A stretch of 64,000 bases of DNA from Trueperaceae bacterium (GCA_030147925.1 JASBUK010000016.1:15713-79712); one strand, 5' to 3'; positions 1 to 11,211 are shown, counted from the first letter of the stretch. Program-made: numbers and translations. Notes: generated from the sequence alone by a model not told the origin.

Positions 1-885
1 TATATCATTGCCGAGTTGGGCAAAGGTCGCTATGCACTTTCTGGTGAGATTACCGGCGATAGCCAAGCGGCCCCGGGCAGCCCCGGGCAGCAGTTTACCG
101 TTACCATCTTGGTGGTAGACGCCGAGACACGTGAGAGTTCCGACTTGATCAGTCAGGCGCTTGAAGGCCGTTATGTGGAGGCCGCCAGGGCGCTGTCGCT
201 GGCGGTGCAGCGGTTTTTAAATCGCGCAAACAGCCTAGCGGAGGGTTCAGCCGGTCTGTTTATTTCCAGTCAACCCGGACAGGCCCAGGTTTTTGTCAAT
301 GGTGTGAATGTCGGTGAAACCTCCGAATTGGCACCGCTGATGTTGCAGCCGGGTCGTTATGAGATTGAGTTTCGTAAAGAAGGTTTTTTGCCGCAGATCG
401 AAGCGGTGATCTTAGAGGCCGAGCGCACGGAGTTTATCAACGTCTTGCTGACGCCCATTAGTGGGGGTAGCATTCAGGTTAACAGCCAACCTGCGGCCAC
501 GGTCTTTGTCGATGACCGCGAGGTCGGTCTCACGCCGATAACCGTGCAAACGCGACCCGGCTTGCGTCAGCTAAGGCTCGAGCGCCCGGGTTTTGCAGCA
601 AAGACCCTGTCGGTTAATGTGAGAAATTTCCGGGTAAGCCGGGTTTCGGCTAAGCTCGAGCCCAATAGCGAGACCCGCTTGTTCTGGGAGCCACCGGAAA
701 ATTATTTGCTGTTTATAGATGGTGTATTGCGGCTTGACAGTTTTGCCGCCGACCTCACCCCCGGCCCACACAAGGTCGAGTTGCGACAAGGTGGCGAAGC
801 GCTGAGTTTTAATTTTGACTTGCCGGAGGAGGGCGTATTCGTGCTTGATTTAGATAGCTTAAGCCTCTTGCCCTTTGAACCTTAA
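1..885 (+). CDS. PEGA-domain repeat protein (5' end outside window)
   Basis: The frame of ORF 16-885 stays open back to nt 1. It has repeated modules 'VFVNGVNVGET..L.PGRYEIEFRKEGF' and 'VFVDDREVGLTP..PGLRQLRLERPGF', typical of PEGA repeats. Confidence 0.7.
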   Translation, partial: YIIAELGKGRYALSGEITGDSQAAPGSPGQQFTVTILVVDAETRESSDLISQALEGRYVEAARALSLAVQRFLNRANSLAEGSAGLFISSQPGQAQVFVNGVNVGETSELAPLMLQPGRYEIEFRKEGFLPQIEAVILEAERTEFINVLLTPISGGSIQVNSQPAATVFVDDREVGLTPITVQTRPGLRQLRLERPGFAAKTLSVNVRNFRVSRVSAKLEPNSETRLFWEPPENYLLFIDGVLRLDSFAADLTPGPHKVELRQGGEALSFNFDLPEEGVFVLDLDSLSLLPFEP

Positions 886-1904
886 AACGACCAGCTGTAG
901 CCCAAACTGAGACCAAGCTGACCGTCATTTATATTATCGTCATAGCTGGCAAAGACGCTAATTTCCAATTCGCCGGGACCTGTGTTGCTTTGCAGACCGG
1001 CTATGGCCCGATAGGGCAGGGTGTCACTGCGATAGGGTTCGGCTGAAAGCTTGAACTCATATGTTGTTGCCGTGCTTATGCTGCCGCTTATGCTGAGCCT
1101 GGCACCGGGTTGCAAGCCCTGCTCGCTCAGACCCAACCACAGCGAGCCTTTGATAAACGACAAGTTACGGCGGTTCAGTTTGTATTCAAAACCGCTTGCC
1201 AAGTAGCTACGCTCGTTATCAGGTTGTAATTCCGCTAGCAAGAGCACGGCGCCATCATCACGTTCTACCAAACGACGCAATTGCAAAGCGCCGCTCAGTT
1301 GGGCGCCAAAGTCACCGCCGCTGAAATAGAGAAGTCTTGGATCGAGCTCGAGCACGGTAGTTCTGTCGAGCCTGAAGCTGGCGCCAAGAGTCAGGCTATA
1401 GGCTATTTCAGATAGTAAACGCGCCTTGAGGTAATTGCGCCCAAGGCCGGAGTCAAAAGCTTCCTGAGGCCTAAAATAGCTGCTGTTTACATTAAACACC
1501 AGCAATTCTGCGCGGGCGGCAACTGTGGCTATTATCCCCGAGGCCGAGAGCGCGGCGGCAAATCTGCCGCTGGTATCCAAATCTGCTCGCCCCCCTATAA
1601 GGACATTGCCCAGCGGGCCGAAGAAGGTATTTGAGCGCAAACCTAGACCGAGCTCGAGCGGAGTAGAGATACCGGCAGCTATCCGGGCGTCGAGTTTGAC
1701 CTCTTCAAGCTCAAGGTCGCTGAGCACAAGCTCCGCTTTAGTTGTGATAGCCTCAGAATTACGCTCCAGATTTACGGCAAAAAGTAAAGACTGCGCTTGC
1801 ACGTAAGACAAAGAACTAAACAGCAAAATGCAAAAAAATACAAATCTTGCACCGATGTTAAAAAGCCAAGTAGCACGAGAAAAATCAAACGCAGGGTTTT
1901 TCAT
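882..1904 (-). CDS. hypothetical secreted, outer-membrane beta-barrel-like protein
   Basis: 340-aa ORF with an N-terminal hydrophobic signal-like segment 'FVFFCILLFSSLSYVQA', an alternating strand-like pattern, and the aromatic C-terminus 'LGYSWSF'. I do not recognise a family. Confidence 0.5.
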   Translation of the reverse strand: MKNPAFDFSRATWLFNIGARFVFFCILLFSSLSYVQAQSLLFAVNLERNSEAITTKAELVLSDLELEEVKLDARIAAGISTPLELGLGLRSNTFFGPLGNVLIGGRADLDTSGRFAAALSASGIIATVAARAELLVFNVNSSYFRPQEAFDSGLGRNYLKARLLSEIAYSLTLGASFRLDRTTVLELDPRLLYFSGGDFGAQLSGALQLRRLVERDDGAVLLLAELQPDNERSYLASGFEYKLNRRNLSFIKGSLWLGLSEQGLQPGARLSISGSISTATTYEFKLSAEPYRSDTLPYRAIAGLQSNTGPGELEISVFASYDDNINDGQLGLSLGYSWSF

Positions 1905-2139
1905 ATCGTTAGGGGATCAATTGGACTCGGTATTAGCATAAAACTTTGCCCCGTATATAGGTTTTATCATCTGTTAGCTTAACACCTAATAATGTTAAGC
2001 TATACGGCGGTCATAGCGGGCAGTGGCATTATTGCCCACTGCTGGGGGCGCTTAGCACTCGCATTTTTTAGGAGCTGGTGTTAGACTCGTCGCCGGCTTT
2101 GGTATGCAGATCTTGCATACCGTGACTGGAGAAACTGAA

Positions 2140-4686
2140 ATGAACATTCTAGGACGTGTTACTGTCTTGCCGAATTTGCCCAAACGCGCTATGCGTTTGG
2201 GCGACCTGGCCTACAACCTTTACTGGGCCTGGGAGCCAAATGCCCGCATACTTTTCCGTGAGCTTGATAGAGAGCTTTGGGAAAATTCCGGACACAACCC
2301 CGTGACGGTTTTGCGTGACATCCCCCAAGAACGGCTCGAGCAAGCCGCCAAGGACAAGGCCTATCTAGCGGATTACGACAAGGTTATCAAAGTCTTTGAC
2401 AACTATCTGAATCATAACGGTACCTGGTTTGATAAACATATTAAGAATGGAGAAGAACACCGCTATGCTTATTTCTGTGCCGAATACGGTTGGCACGAAG
2501 CGCTTGCACTCTACTCGGGTGGCTTGGGCGTTTTGGCTGGTGATCACACCAAAGCGGCCTCGGATTTGGGCGTGCCCTTAACGGGTGTGGGTCTGTGGTA
2601 TCCCGAAGGATATTTCCATCAACGTATCGATGCCAACGGTCAACAAGAGGCGGTTTATCAGCGCCTTAGTCCGCTGGATTTGCCCTTTGAGGTCGTGCGT
2701 AACGAGGAAGGTAACGAACTACGGGTGAGTGCGCCCTTAGCCGGGAGGGAAGTGCAATTGCGCGCCTGGAAAACCAAGGTGGGTCGTGTTGCTGTTTATC
2801 TTCTGGATACTGACGTGCCAGAAAATACGCTGGCGGATCGCTCCCTCTTAGTGAGGCTTTATGGTGGTGATCAGCATACCCGCGTAGCCCAGGAGATCAT
2901 TCTGGGTATTGGCGGGGTCAGGCTGCTGCGCGCCCTGGATATCGCACCGACCACCTGGCACATGAACGAGGGACACAGCGCCTTTATGGCCCTGGAGCGC
3001 TGCCGCGAACTGGTGGCCGAAGGCATGACCTTTGACCAGGCCCGCGAGTTTGTCGCTGCTGGAACCATCTTTACCGTGCATACGCCGGTGGCTGCAGGCA
3101 ACGATGCTTTCCCCTTCGATCTGGTCAGCCAGTTTTTTAATGGCTACTGGGGTAGCCTGGGACTTAGCCAGCAGCAGTTTTTGGACTTAGCACGTCATGA
3201 TCATGGTTGGGGGCCGGTCTTTAGTATGCCGGCACTGGCACTACGCTTTTCTTCGGGGCGCAATGGCGTGGCCAAGCTGCACGGTGAGACCAGCCGCCAG
3301 ATTTGGAACGATCTTTGGCCCGGCGTCCCCACCGATGAAGTGCCCATTGGTCACGTCACCAACGGGGTTCACGCGCCCACCTGGGTTGCCCGCGAGATGG
3401 CTGATTTGGTCGAATCGGTCCTGCCTGACGGTTGGCAGCAAAGCCTTGACGATGAGCAGGCATGGCAAAAGGTCCGCGAACTTGACAGCGCCGAATTCTG
3501 GAGCGTCAGACAACATCTCAAGTCGCAAAGCGTCAGGTTTTTGCGCCGCCGTGTCTTAAAGCAGCAGACGCGCCATGGGGTAATGCCCACGAGTATGCAC
3601 GACACCGGCGAGCTTTTTAATCCAGAAATTCTGACTATTGGCTTTGCCCGGCGCTTTGCTACGTATAAGCGCGCCACCTTGATTCTGACCGATCTTGAGC
3701 GTTTGGACCGTATTGTTAATAATCCGGAAAAACCCGTACAGCTGGTCTTTGCAGGCAAGGCCCACCCGGCAGATAGACCCGGGCAGGAGCTTATCGCGGC
3801 AATTCACAACCTGTCAAAAGACCCGCGTTTTGCCGGTAAAGTTCTCTTTGTTGAGGATTACGACATGGCTATTGGTCGGACGCTTACTCGCGGTGTCGAT
3901 GTCTGGTTGAACAACCCGCGCCGCCCGCTCGAGGCTTCGGGTACCAGTGGTCAAAAGGCGGCTATGAACGGCATTCTGAACTTAAGCATTTTAGATGGGT
4001 GGTGGCCCGAGGGTTATGACGGCCACAACGGTTGGGCGATTGGCACAGGACGCAACCACCGTGATAATCAACAGGGCGATGCCGCCGATGCCGATGCTCT
4101 TTATGACCTGCTCGAGCGCGAGGTCGTGCCGCTTTACTATCAGCGTGATGACAAGGGGATTCCCCAGGAATGGATCGAGCGGGCCAAAAATGCGATTGCT
4201 ACGGTCAGCCCGGAGTTTAACGCCAAGCGTATGGTCAAAGACTATGTTCAGCAGTATTATGCTCCGGCCTCGGAGCGCTCTAGGGCTATGAGTACTGATA
4301 AATACGCCCCGGCAATTGCACTGGCAAGCTGGCGCAAGCATGTGAGCTCGAGCTGGGGCAATATTTACTTTAGTGCTCGAGCCTTACAAGATGGTATTCG
4401 CCGCATCGGTGACGAACTAGAGGTAGAGGCCGTATTACAACCACAGGACATTGACCTTAAGGGCTTGCAGGTTGAGCTTGTTTATAGTTTAGAAACCGAC
4501 GAATTAAAACACAATTTGCATATTGTCCCTATGGAACGTGTAGAATCCTATCCTGATGGCGGCTTTCTTTTCAAGGTGAACTTCAAACCGGAAATAAGTG
4601 GCCGCCTGATTTATGGTGTGCGTGTTTACCCGGTTCATAAAGACTTGGTCAGCCCTTATGACACCCGCTTGATACGCTGGGCCTGA
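2140..4686 (+). CDS. glgP: alpha-glucan (glycogen/maltodextrin) phosphorylase, GT35
   Basis: N-terminal 'LAYNLYWAWEP' region and the PLP-lysine motif 'EASGTSGQKAAMNG'. Start moved to ATG 2140 (MNILGRV), which has GGAG upstream. Confidence 0.9.
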   Translation: MNILGRVTVLPNLPKRAMRLGDLAYNLYWAWEPNARILFRELDRELWENSGHNPVTVLRDIPQERLEQAAKDKAYLADYDKVIKVFDNYLNHNGTWFDKHIKNGEEHRYAYFCAEYGWHEALALYSGGLGVLAGDHTKAASDLGVPLTGVGLWYPEGYFHQRIDANGQQEAVYQRLSPLDLPFEVVRNEEGNELRVSAPLAGREVQLRAWKTKVGRVAVYLLDTDVPENTLADRSLLVRLYGGDQHTRVAQEIILGIGGVRLLRALDIAPTTWHMNEGHSAFMALERCRELVAEGMTFDQAREFVAAGTIFTVHTPVAAGNDAFPFDLVSQFFNGYWGSLGLSQQQFLDLARHDHGWGPVFSMPALALRFSSGRNGVAKLHGETSRQIWNDLWPGVPTDEVPIGHVTNGVHAPTWVAREMADLVESVLPDGWQQSLDDEQAWQKVRELDSAEFWSVRQHLKSQSVRFLRRRVLKQQTRHGVMPTSMHDTGELFNPEILTIGFARRFATYKRATLILTDLERLDRIVNNPEKPVQLVFAGKAHPADRPGQELIAAIHNLSKDPRFAGKVLFVEDYDMAIGRTLTRGVDVWLNNPRRPLEASGTSGQKAAMNGILNLSILDGWWPEGYDGHNGWAIGTGRNHRDNQQGDAADADALYDLLEREVVPLYYQRDDKGIPQEWIERAKNAIATVSPEFNAKRMVKDYVQQYYAPASERSRAMSTDKYAPAIALASWRKHVSSSWGNIYFSARALQDGIRRIGDELEVEAVLQPQDIDLKGLQVELVYSLETDELKHNLHIVPMERVESYPDGGFLFKVNFKPEISGRLIYGVRVYPVHKDLVSPYDTRLIRWA

Positions 4687-4700
4687 TTCGAAATATCTGC

Positions 4701-4728
4701 TTTAGGGCGGGTTTTGACCCGCCCTAAA
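4701..4728 (+). terminator. hairpin terminator downstream of glgP
   Basis: Perfect 11-bp stem TTTAGGGCGGG/CCCGCCCTAAA with a 6-nt loop, 15 nt after the glgP stop. Confidence 0.6.
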
Positions 4729-4760
4729 ATTTGGCGGCATATCACAAATTGTGTTGATAG

Positions 4761-4825
4761 TCAGTGGTGGGTGGTAGGTAGTAGGTGGTCAGCAGGAAAA
4801 TCTTCACTTTCTACTTTCCCCTTTC
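4761..4825 (-). repeat. intergenic repeat family, short copy A
   Basis: Its reverse complement, 'aaggggaaagtagaaagtg...ccacctactacctaccacccaccactgac', matches both arms of the long copies at 35990 and 38752. It abuts the pgl stop codon. Confidence 0.7.
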
Positions 4826-5516
4826 ATAATTCTAAGTCCGTTAACCAGATAAGTTGCTCCTTGGCAGTTATGGCCTGAGCCGGATAACGCTTTGGATCGC
4901 GTGGCCCATGCAATGTCTGCACAAGCGCTTCGCGCTTTTTCTCACCGGAGACCAAAAAGGCCACTACACGCCCCAGGCTTAAAGTTTCAGCGTTTAAGCT
5001 AAGACGTATCGCCCCAGAGCTCCTAATTTGACTGACCACGGTCATATCTGTGGCCTCTATGATCTTGCTGTCGGGAAATAGACTGGCGGTGTGTGCATCT
5101 TCGCCCAGACCCAAAAAAATCAGATCGAACTTTGGCTTGGGGCCAAGAACGGTTCTGATGGTGTGAGCGTATTGTCTGGCCGCTGCTTGCGGTTTTTGAG
5201 CCAGATAGGGCCAGGGGTGAATCTGTTTGCCGGGGATCGCAACCGCCTCCAGAAGCGCTTTTTTGGCGGTTCCGTAATTGCTGTCCGGATGTTCAAAAGG
5301 GACAAAGCGCTCATCTCCCCAAAAAACTACGGTTTTGTCCCAGGGAATACCGCTTGCCTTTACCAGGTATTCGTACATGGTTAAAGGAGTGCTGCCACCT
5401 GAAAGAACGACATTGAAGCGTCCACTTTGAGCGACGCTTTGCTTAGAGCTAGCAATAAACAGTTCGGCAGCGGCGGCAGCAACCGAAGTAACGGTTCTTA
5501 ATTCAGCAGAAGACAT
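4824..5516 (-). CDS. pgl: 6-phosphogluconolactonase
   Basis: Motifs 'LSGGSTP', 'FWGDERFVP' and 'LGLGEDAHTASLFP'. Confidence 0.85.
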   Translation of the reverse strand: MSSAELRTVTSVAAAAAELFIASSKQSVAQSGRFNVVLSGGSTPLTMYEYLVKASGIPWDKTVVFWGDERFVPFEHPDSNYGTAKKALLEAVAIPGKQIHPWPYLAQKPQAAARQYAHTIRTVLGPKPKFDLIFLGLGEDAHTASLFPDSKIIEATDMTVVSQIRSSGAIRLSLNAETLSLGRVVAFLVSGEKKREALVQTLHGPRDPKRYPAQAITAKEQLIWLTDLEL

Positions 5517-5595
5517 GTTGCCGAGTATAACGATTTTGCTGTGTTTAACACTGCCAATTCAGCTCTCCGACCCGTGACATTGGGTAAACTGGAGC

Positions 5596-6183
5596 ATGAC
5601 ACCCGCACGTACAGATGCCTATAAACTAATGACCGAATGGACGCTCTCTGACAGCCTCAGAAAGCATATGCTGGCCGTAGAAGCGGCGGTGAGCGCCTAT
5701 GCCCGCAAATATGGTGAAGATGAGGAGCGCTGGGCGGTGACAGCCCTGTTGCACGACTTTGATTACGAAAAATATCCTCATATTGGCGAGCAAGGACATC
5801 CTTATGTGGGCGTCGCTTATTTGCGTGAGCAGGGTTACCCTGAAGATATTTTAACCGCCATTCTCGGCCATGCCGATTTTACCGGGGTAGCGCGTGAGAG
5901 CCTGCTGGCCAAAACTCTTTATGCCTGTGATGAAATTACCGGACTGATTACGGCGGCGGTGCTGGTGCGGCCTGATAAAAATATTGCCAATCAGACCGTT
6001 AAGAGTTTAAAGAAAAAATTTAAAGACAAGGCCTTTGCCCGGGGTGTGAACCGGGAGGATGTGCGCCGTGGTGCCGAGGAACTAGGGGTTGAACTGTGGG
6101 AGCATATAGCCTTTGTGCTTGCGGCCATGCAGGATCAAGCCGAAACTTTAGGGCTTGACGGTAAGCAGGCTGCTACGGATTGA
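5596..6183 (+). CDS. HD-domain metal-dependent phosphohydrolase
   Basis: 'LLHDFDYEKYP' H..HD motif in a 195-aa protein. Confidence 0.7.
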   Translation: MTPARTDAYKLMTEWTLSDSLRKHMLAVEAAVSAYARKYGEDEERWAVTALLHDFDYEKYPHIGEQGHPYVGVAYLREQGYPEDILTAILGHADFTGVARESLLAKTLYACDEITGLITAAVLVRPDKNIANQTVKSLKKKFKDKAFARGVNREDVRRGAEELGVELWEHIAFVLAAMQDQAETLGLDGKQAATD

Positions 6184-6808
6184 TTGTTAGCAGGGTTTCT
6201 GTTCGGCGTAAAATTCGCCAGTTCCAGTACCAGTGACCCTGACTATTGCGTTTTAACGGCGGCCAAAAAACTGCTGCCGCCCGCCCGGCAATTGTGGCGC
6301 TGGCAATAGGGCCGAAGTTGCGCGAATCGACGCTGCCCAAAGGGCCGCGGTTGTCGCCTAAGACAAAGACGTAGCCTTTAGGTATGGTTAGATCGAGCAT
6401 CGAACTGCTACCACGCCAATTGTCCCCCAGATATGACTCAGCAAGCGCTTGATCGTTGAGATAGACCGTTCCCTGATCGATGCGCACGCGGTCTCCCGCT
6501 ATTGCAATGATACGCTTTATAAAGAAGCGGCGGTAGCTCAGCCCCAGTAGCGGCAAACGCTCACTGGCCCCGGTAGCACCTGCCGGTGGGCGAAAATAAA
6601 CGATGTCGCCACGCCTAAAATTGCCCAGACCCAGCCGGTGCAGCCAGGTCTCGTATTTAGGGACGATGACCCGCTCGCCACTTTGCAAAACCGGTGCCAT
6701 TGAATCGCCGGAAATGCCTACTGTAGTAATGCCAAAGGTGACTACCAGCACGGCGAGGATAATACCTTCTAGCAGTGGAAGCAACTGTCGCCGTAATTTT
6801 AGTAGCAC
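6173..6808 (-). CDS. lepB: signal peptidase I
   Basis: 'GDSMAPVL' catalytic-Ser box, 'KRIIAIAGD' Lys box, 'GDNRGPLGSVDSRNFGP'. Confidence 0.85.
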   Translation of the reverse strand: MLLKLRRQLLPLLEGIILAVLVVTFGITTVGISGDSMAPVLQSGERVIVPKYETWLHRLGLGNFRRGDIVYFRPPAGATGASERLPLLGLSYRRFFIKRIIAIAGDRVRIDQGTVYLNDQALAESYLGDNWRGSSSMLDLTIPKGYVFVLGDNRGPLGSVDSRNFGPIASATIAGRAAAVFWPPLKRNSQGHWYWNWRILRRTETLLTINP

Positions 6809-6849
6809 TTTCCGAAACCCAAACTATATTTAAAAGTTACAACTGTCAC

Positions 6850-7755
6850 TTAGGGTGTGGCTGGGGCAGGCAAGTTATCAAAGGCAGCAGGAGGGCGCAA
6901 CAGCCGCCAGTTCCACTGGCCGTTGCGTCGGGGTGGCCAGATGACAGCGGTGGCCCGTCCGGCTACCGACATCATAGTGACCGGACCAAAATAACGCGAA
7001 TCCTCGCTACCGCCTTTGGCACTTTCGCGGTTGTCGCCCATGACAAAATACGTACCTTCAGGGACAATCAAATCCTGTATAAAGGGAATACCCTCAGGGG
7101 CATCATCTGGGATGGGCGCCAGTGCCTCTATGGTGCTGCCATAAAAGAGCTGTACCAGCGGCGAGTTGACTGCTACGGGTTGGGGATTGCGGAAGCTACC
7201 GGCATAACTGCCCTGGGCCAGACCCTGAAAGCCGACAACTTCGCCGTTTTGTACCACTATCACCGGAAAATCCACCGGATCAGGCCGGATTTCGCCGCTA
7301 TCGGTGATAAAGCCCTGGTCAATTGGCAGATCATTGATATAAACCTGACCATTGTCAATGCGTAGCCGGTCACCAGGAACGGCAATCAGGCGCTTTATGA
7401 AAAAGGGACGGCGCTCGCGTATCTGTGCTGACGGGGCGTTGGCAGGCTCGCGCACCACCAGGACTTCACCCCGCTGATAAGGCCCGAGGATACCGGCACG
7501 GCGCAGCCAGGTGTCGTATTTGGGGATAAATACCCGATCGCCGGTAAACAGCGATTGCGGCAGTTGACCGTTGCCGCCATTTAGGTTAGGACGCATCGAG
7601 CTACCGACCACGCCGACGGTATTAAAAACAAAAGTGACGACTAAAAAAGCAATGACCAACGCTTCGGCGTAACCACGGACTTCAGCCCAGAAACGTTGAC
7701 TTGCGGTGGGTTTGGGGCTCGAGCTCTGCTTGGCTCGATGTTTAGAACCTGACAT
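6850..7755 (-). CDS. lepB: signal peptidase I paralogue (longer, with an insertion)
   Basis: 'GSSMRPNL', 'KRLIAVPGD', 'GDNRESAKGGSEDSRYFGPV'. It is about 90 aa longer than its neighbour. Confidence 0.85.
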   Translation of the reverse strand: MSGSKHRAKQSSSPKPTASQRFWAEVRGYAEALVIAFLVVTFVFNTVGVVGSSMRPNLNGGNGQLPQSLFTGDRVFIPKYDTWLRRAGILGPYQRGEVLVVREPANAPSAQIRERRPFFIKRLIAVPGDRLRIDNGQVYINDLPIDQGFITDSGEIRPDPVDFPVIVVQNGEVVGFQGLAQGSYAGSFRNPQPVAVNSPLVQLFYGSTIEALAPIPDDAPEGIPFIQDLIVPEGTYFVMGDNRESAKGGSEDSRYFGPVTMMSVAGRATAVIWPPRRNGQWNWRLLRPPAAFDNLPAPATP

Positions 7756-7782
7756 GCTTGTTAGTTTACCTTGTTAGGCTGG

Positions 7783-8688
7783 CTAGTGTTTGACAGAATC
7801 AGACGTTTTCTGCGTGCTGCTATCTGTTAGTTGTTTGCGGGCTCGAGCTTCAGGTAGTAAGTTAGTCATTTGAAAGGTCTCGCTAGCGGCTCGCTCACCT
7901 AATTCCACGATTTCCTCGTAGGCAAAAAACGACTCGATGTGGATATGTGGCATGGCGGGTTGAATGCGAATATCCGCCGGGTGCATGCTGTACTGGATAT
8001 CGGTAAGGATGCTCTGCATGATATCCGAAGAACGCAGCACCATCTGGGCCATGGGATTGCGACGCTCGAGCCTGACGGTCTTGAGCATGCGCTCCCACCA
8101 GTTATCCCCATTATTACCATTCTTAAAGGTGGCCCGGCGCGGTGGGGTCACGTCTGAGGCGACGGTGAAATTGGCGTTTAAAAAGGCCACGGCATTCACC
8201 GGCAAATTATTGACGATGCCGCCATCAGCCAGTGTGCGCCCCTGGAATTGCACCGGTTCAAAAGCGCCTGGGTAGCAACTGGAGGCACGCAGAGCAGTAA
8301 TCAAGTCACCCTTGAGGATAAATACTTCCTCACCGGTTTCGATATCGGTAGTTGAAACGGCTAAGGGCTTCTTGAGATCATCAAAATTACGAGGGAGGTA
8401 TTCGGCCAAAAAATTGTGTAGCTTTTCGCCCTTGATAAGACCAGCATTGAGCGAGAGGTCAAAGACATCACGCCAGGAAGTTTTTTTAGCCAGTTGATAG
8501 ATGTCCTCGGCGCGGTAGCCAGCAGCACAAAACGCTCCTAAGATAGCGCCCATAGAACTGCCAGCGATCACGTCTACATCAATACCGGAGCGCTCGAGCA
8601 CCCGCATGACACCGATATGGGCAAAGGCTCGAGCCCCGCCGCCACTTAAAATAAGCCCCACCCGCTGTGTTTGATCCACCATTTCCAT
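7783..8688 (-). CDS. patatin-like phospholipase
   Basis: 'GGGARAFAHIGV' oxyanion motif, 'GSSMGA' (GxSxG) and 'ADGG' Asp motif. Start moved to ATG 8688 (MEMVDQ), clear of the upstream gene. Confidence 0.85.
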   Translation of the reverse strand: MEMVDQTQRVGLILSGGGARAFAHIGVMRVLERSGIDVDVIAGSSMGAILGAFCAAGYRAEDIYQLAKKTSWRDVFDLSLNAGLIKGEKLHNFLAEYLPRNFDDLKKPLAVSTTDIETGEEVFILKGDLITALRASSCYPGAFEPVQFQGRTLADGGIVNNLPVNAVAFLNANFTVASDVTPPRRATFKNGNNGDNWWERMLKTVRLERRNPMAQMVLRSSDIMQSILTDIQYSMHPADIRIQPAMPHIHIESFFAYEEIVELGERAASETFQMTNLLPEARARKQLTDSSTQKTSDSVKH

Positions 8689-8740
8689 AATTAGTGACAG
8701 CTTAGCACTCAAAATAATAAATAACAGCGGCGAAAGTACG

Positions 8741-9331
8741 CTATCTTTTCCGACATAGCAACACACCCTGACCGATTGGCACAACTAGGGCATCGACTCG
8801 CTGATCGGCAAGGGCCTGGTTAAGCATGGGCCTTAGTATTTTTTCAAAGTTAAGGGCGTTATCGGCAATGAGAATACCGCCTGATACCATTTTAGGTATT
8901 AGTAGCTCGTAACAGTCTTTATAGATTTCTTTCTCCGCGTCGAGAAAACAAAAAGAAACGTTGCTGTAGCTTAGCAGGTGATCGAGGGCGTCACCGTGAA
9001 TGAGACTAACAACATCGCCAACACCGGTCATCTCAAAAGTCTGTCGTGCCAACTCGACTTTTGCGGCCAGAATCTCAAACGTTGTGAGCTTCCGACCAAG
9101 GTCACGGCAGGCTAAAGACAGCCACAGACTGGAATATCCTGCACTGCTGCCAATTTCAAGATACTGCCCGGGAGGAGCACTAGCAGCCAGCAGAGCTATG
9201 AATTTGCCCGTTTCGGCTGGAATCTGGCGTAAGCGCTCGAGCCGGGGTATGCCGTCGGCTCGATCTTGCGCATCGAGCTCTTCGAGCTGTTTCATTCGCT
9301 TAAGAATTGCTCGCGGTATATCGTGAAACAT
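8741..9331 (-). CDS. class I SAM-dependent O-methyltransferase (family 3-like)
   Basis: '[11 protein letters not shown]' SAM motif and 'FCFLDAEK'. Start moved to ATG 9331 (MFHDIPR). Confidence 0.7.
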   Translation of the reverse strand: MFHDIPRAILKRMKQLEELDAQDRADGIPRLERLRQIPAETGKFIALLAASAPPGQYLEIGSSAGYSSLWLSLACRDLGRKLTTFEILAAKVELARQTFEMTGVGDVVSLIHGDALDHLLSYSNVSFCFLDAEKEIYKDCYELLIPKMVSGGILIADNALNFEKILRPMLNQALADQRVDALVVPIGQGVLLCRKR

Positions 9332-9470
9332 TGTTAACCTTGCAGCCCCAAACCCAAAATGGTGAATAGGAAGTGATTCCAATTCCAAGTGACGGCAAAA
9401 CAAATGAAGTCAGGACATCTCTATCTACTTGGAGTAGCAAGGGGTTGCCAAGCCCTTGCTTACAGTTTGC

Positions 9471-11165
9471 TTAATCTGTCACCGCGCCCTTAGAAGCGCT
9501 TGAAACCAGCTTGGCGTACTTGGCCAGCACACCGCTCTGATACTTTATCGGCGGGGCTTGCCACTCAGATTGCCGCCGGGCTAAGTCCTCGTCGCTTATG
9601 TTGACTTGCAAGAGGCGCTGCTCGGCGTCCAAGGTGATGCTATCGCCTTCTTTAACGAGCGCAATGGGGCCGCCTACTTGTGCCTCGGGTGCCACATGAC
9701 CCACCACCAGACCGTAAGTGCCGCCGGAAAAACGCCCATCGGTAATCAGACCAACCGAGTCGCCTAAGCCCTTACCGATAATGGCGCTGGTGGGCGAGAG
9801 CATTTCGCGCATGCCGGGGCCACCCCGCGGGCCTTCGTAGCGGATGATGATGACGTCTCCCGCCCTGATTTTGTCGGCCATGATGGCGGTCATGGCTTCT
9901 TCTTCGGATTCAAACACCCGGGCCGGACCGGTCATCTTGATGGACTTAAGACCGCTGATTTTGGCCACGCTGCCTTCCGGTGCCAGATTGCCGCGCAAAA
10001 TTGCCAAGTGACCCTGCGGGTATTTGGGCTGCGTAAACGGCAAGACCACATCCTGGTCAAGTGGAGGAGCGCTTGCTACGCTGGCTAAGTTTTCCGCCAC
10101 AGTTTTGCCGGTGACGGTCAGGCAGTCGCCGTGCAGTAGCCCGGCGTTTAAGAGCATCTTCATGACCAGCGGAATGCCGCCGACGCGGTGCAAGTCAGTA
10201 GCAACGTATTTGCCGGAGGGTTTTAGATCGGCAAAGTGTGGCACCTTTTCGCGGATGCGCTCAAAGTCATCGAGGTTTAAGTCAACCCCAGCCGCATGAG
10301 CAATCGCCAGCAAATGCAAAACAGCGTTGGTGGAGCCGCCCACGGCCATGATCACGGCAATACCGTTCTCAAAGGCTTTTTTGCTCAAGATGTCGCGGGG
10401 TTTAAGGTCGTTTTCGATGAGGCTTAGCAGCGCACGACCACTTTCAGCAGCACTGTCGGCCTTTTCTTGATCTTCGGCGGCTATGGTCGAAGAATAGGGC
10501 AAGCTCATACCCATTGCTTCAAAAGCACTGGACATAGTGTTGGCGGTGTACATACCGCCACAGGAGCCTTTGCCGGGGCAGGCCCGCCGTTCAATCTCTT
10601 TGAAGGTCTCTAGGGCTATGCGTCCGGCATTATATTCGCCGACGGCTTCAAAGGCGCTGACTATGGTTAAGTCCTCACCCTGATAGTGGCCGGGTTTGAT
10701 GGTGCCACCATAGACAAAAATGCTGGGGATGTTTAAGCGGGCCATGGCAATCATGGCGCCGGGCATGTTTTTATCGCAACCACCTACGGCAATGAGTCCG
10801 TCCATGCTCTGACCGCGGCAGACGGTTTCGATTGAGTCGGCAATCACTTCGCGGCTTACCAAGCTGCACTTCATGCCTTCGGTGCCCATGGAGATGCCAT
10901 CGGAAATGGTGATGGTGCCAAATGTCTGCGGCATGCCACCGGCAACGCGCACGGCTTGTTCGGCGCTTGTCGCCATATCACCCAGACCAGCGTTGCAGGG
11001 TGTGATGGTGCTGTGGCCGTTGGCAACGGCGATGATCGGTTTGCCGAAATCCTCATCCTCAAAACCAACGGCCCGCATCATGGCGCGGTTGGGTGCGCGG
11101 CTATCGCCTTCGGTTACGACGCTGCTGCGCCGGTTGAGTTTGACTTTGCTAGCTGTGTCGCTCAT
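9471..11165 (-). CDS. ilvD: dihydroxy-acid dehydratase
   Basis: 564 aa with 'GGCDKNMPG', '[15 protein letters not shown]' and 'TDGRFSGGT'. Confidence 0.95.
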   Translation of the reverse strand: MSDTASKVKLNRRSSVVTEGDSRAPNRAMMRAVGFEDEDFGKPIIAVANGHSTITPCNAGLGDMATSAEQAVRVAGGMPQTFGTITISDGISMGTEGMKCSLVSREVIADSIETVCRGQSMDGLIAVGGCDKNMPGAMIAMARLNIPSIFVYGGTIKPGHYQGEDLTIVSAFEAVGEYNAGRIALETFKEIERRACPGKGSCGGMYTANTMSSAFEAMGMSLPYSSTIAAEDQEKADSAAESGRALLSLIENDLKPRDILSKKAFENGIAVIMAVGGSTNAVLHLLAIAHAAGVDLNLDDFERIREKVPHFADLKPSGKYVATDLHRVGGIPLVMKMLLNAGLLHGDCLTVTGKTVAENLASVASAPPLDQDVVLPFTQPKYPQGHLAILRGNLAPEGSVAKISGLKSIKMTGPARVFESEEEAMTAIMADKIRAGDVIIIRYEGPRGGPGMREMLSPTSAIIGKGLGDSVGLITDGRFSGGTYGLVVGHVAPEAQVGGPIALVKEGDSITLDAEQRLLQVNISDEDLARRQSEWQAPPIKYQSGVLAKYAKLVSSASKGAVTD

Positions 11166-11211
11166 CTTTCCCTCCAGAGTGGTTTATTTTAACCGGGGAG
11201 CTTAGCTGACG

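Noticed and set aside
70-90. Tandem 10-bp duplication 'gccccgggca gccccgggca'.
   Set aside because: Only two units, inside the PEGA-protein ORF, where they encode 'APGSPG'. This is not a CRISPR or VNTR-scale repeat.
7783-8688. The patatin-like phospholipase as a CBASS or other defence effector.
   Set aside because: There is no adjacent cyclase, sensor or other defence gene. Composition is native, and the neighbours are signal peptidases and a methyltransferase.
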